From positions 372,001 to 436,000 of the forward strand of contig MU008203.1 in assembly GCA_010909165.1 (NCBI GenBank): DNA of 64,000 bases. Reading direction: 5' to 3'. This DNA comes from Anthoceros angustus (taxonomy: Eukaryota > Plantae > Anthocerotophyta). Below are positions 62,301 through 64,000 of this stretch, one piece after another. Position numbers and translations under genes: made by a program. The notes under the pieces are model-generated. The model did not search any database, was not told the origin of the DNA, and was given only the letters and a program-made list of their open reading frames with translations. How positions within the stretch are numbered: position 1 is the first letter of the stretch; each line of letters begins with the position of its first letter.

Positions 62301-64000
62301 TCCGGCTCCAACGCCACCGTCGTCATCTTTCAATTCACCGAGCACTACACTCTACAAGGTCTCGCAATCCCGCACCACCCACCTCCCGCCCCTCTTCCTA
62401 AATTCGCACCTTGTTCACCATGTGCATTCGCATTGATGAAATGGTCTCTCCCGCACCACTTCCGTAGATCACCATGCGCCTGCATCCATTCATAATTGAT
62501 TGCCAGCTCTTTCCTTCCTCCCTCCCTTCCTTCCTGCCAGATCACAGCCGTGTGCGCCCTGCTGCCATTTCCATCCCCGGGGCTGCCGCTGCTGTTATCT
62601 GATCCGTTGACAAAAGACGGTGCCCCCCGTCCAAGGCGGAGGAGAAGGGAATGCCTCGGGGCGAGTCGGCGATGGCGCCAAGACTCTGTCTCGGCGCGCT
62701 ACGACGCGATGGAGTCAAGTGCCAGCCTGCGCGCAGCCACACAGCCAGGCAACGCTGTGAACCAAAGCGCACGCTGCCATATGTTTTTTTTTCACCACCT
62801 GCCTAATTTCAGATTCCGTCGCTTCCCACCAGATTCCTTCTCCCCACCCAAGACGCGCCCGCGCCCCATATTTTATCTCACTAAAACGGATGCCAGAATT
62901 TGCAAGATGGCCCACTCCGGTCTCCTGGTGCACATGCAAGTATCCCACAATTCACACTCTCTACACATTCCCGACAATTTGATGCTTGGTTAGGTGCTAG
63001 GCCGGAGGATCACATCTTCTTGCTTAACACCAAGCCGTAAACCGTGAATGTGTACTCTGGATCGCGTGGCTTAGGCTCTCTACTTAGCTTGCACAAGAAT
63101 CAATCAAACGGATTCGCATGCCAAGTCTTGTGAAGTCCTGTTGTGTGTCCGATTCAGTACAACACAATGACCCGACGTTACCACGGTTGAGGGTTTTCCT
63201 TTTCGTAATTTGTGCTTTATGAGAAACAAGATATTATCCTTTATTTAACTATTGATGTGGAGGAGCGGTGCTTGCTTTATGGACGGATGACCCTCATGAC
63301 AGTCAACGTCCTTGCACAAAAGTGAAGTAGATGAGCTGAATGCGTTTAGAACGCTTGCAGCGAATGGTAAATCGCCTAGGAAAGAGTGAGGCGCTGCGCT
63401 TTGCGCTCACGGCACGGCGGCCTGCTGATTTGCATACCCTGGCCTCGATCCCCATTCCATTCGGGCTCAGACGCGGCGCCCCGATTTCTCCTCTTCTTCA
63501 GCCTTGGGACTCTTGGCCTTGGTGTTGGAGTGGCCGCACTGTTGGAACGCCTCTTTCCCACCTGTGTACTGCACTGCAAATAATAAGCAGGAGGCGCAGC
63601 GCTCACTGTGCCTGTTGTGGTGCACCCGCCGCGCGGGCTTAAACTGGAGTGAGGACGAGTGAAACGAGATTCCGGATCTCTACAGCTTGAGATGAGTGAG
63701 GTCTCTGGATCTTGCTATTGGCCTATCTCTGCTTGTCATGTCTGACATGTGCATGCTATTACATACCTGCTTTGCTGTTGGAAAGGAAGGACACGGATAG
63801 GGTTCGTTGCCCTCAGGCATTGTGGCCGCCTAAGGATGCCATTTGCGGCAGCTTCCAGCTGATTCTTTGAAATACCATGGCCCGCACATTCGTTTTTCGT
63901 CCTCCGGCCAGCAAACAAAAACCAACATGAGCCGCAGGCCAGGCCGGAAGGAAGGAAGGATCCTTCCGGCCTGGAAGAAGGATCCTTCTGCAGCAGTGCT

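Noticed and set aside
60718-62495. Long plus-strand and alternative-frame ORFs over AMT2
   Set aside because: These are antisense or alternative-frame shadows of a GC-rich coding region.

Overview
Eukaryotic nuclear DNA from a land plant. Short GT-AG introns, compact gene spacing and a PLS-class PPR suggest a non-seed plant such as a hornwort (inference). The window has three parts. (1) 1-12.8 kb is a gene-dense block: SOUL/DUF2358 heme-binding protein, Ycf20-like protein, glycine-rich protein, TBL/PC-esterase-type O-acetyltransferase, chloroplast S1-domain protein, an ectodomain-less LecRK-type kinase and an Mpv17/PMP22 protein. (2) About 13.4-58 kb is a nested transposon island: two Ty1/copia remnants, several copies of two related long-LTR elements (probably Ty3/gypsy) with an extra ORF, a possible L1 remnant, a frameshifted PPR, a CRE-like restriction-endonuclease LINE 3' end, and TIR DNA elements. 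(3) 60.6-62.3 kb is an AMT2 ammonium transporter. The sequence is rich in small indels and has two single-N positions, so many frameshifts may be assembly errors. The most notable observation is not visible as one ORF. On the minus strand at about 50.75-54.88 kb, fragments join into one ParB/Srx-like + beta-class N4C/N6A DNA methyltransferase gene. It lies next to a TIR end (AACACGATAA...AAGGGG) and is split by a 2.3 kb element of the same TIR family with a target-site duplication. This points to a DNA-transposon family carrying a prokaryote/phage-type amino-methyltransferase.
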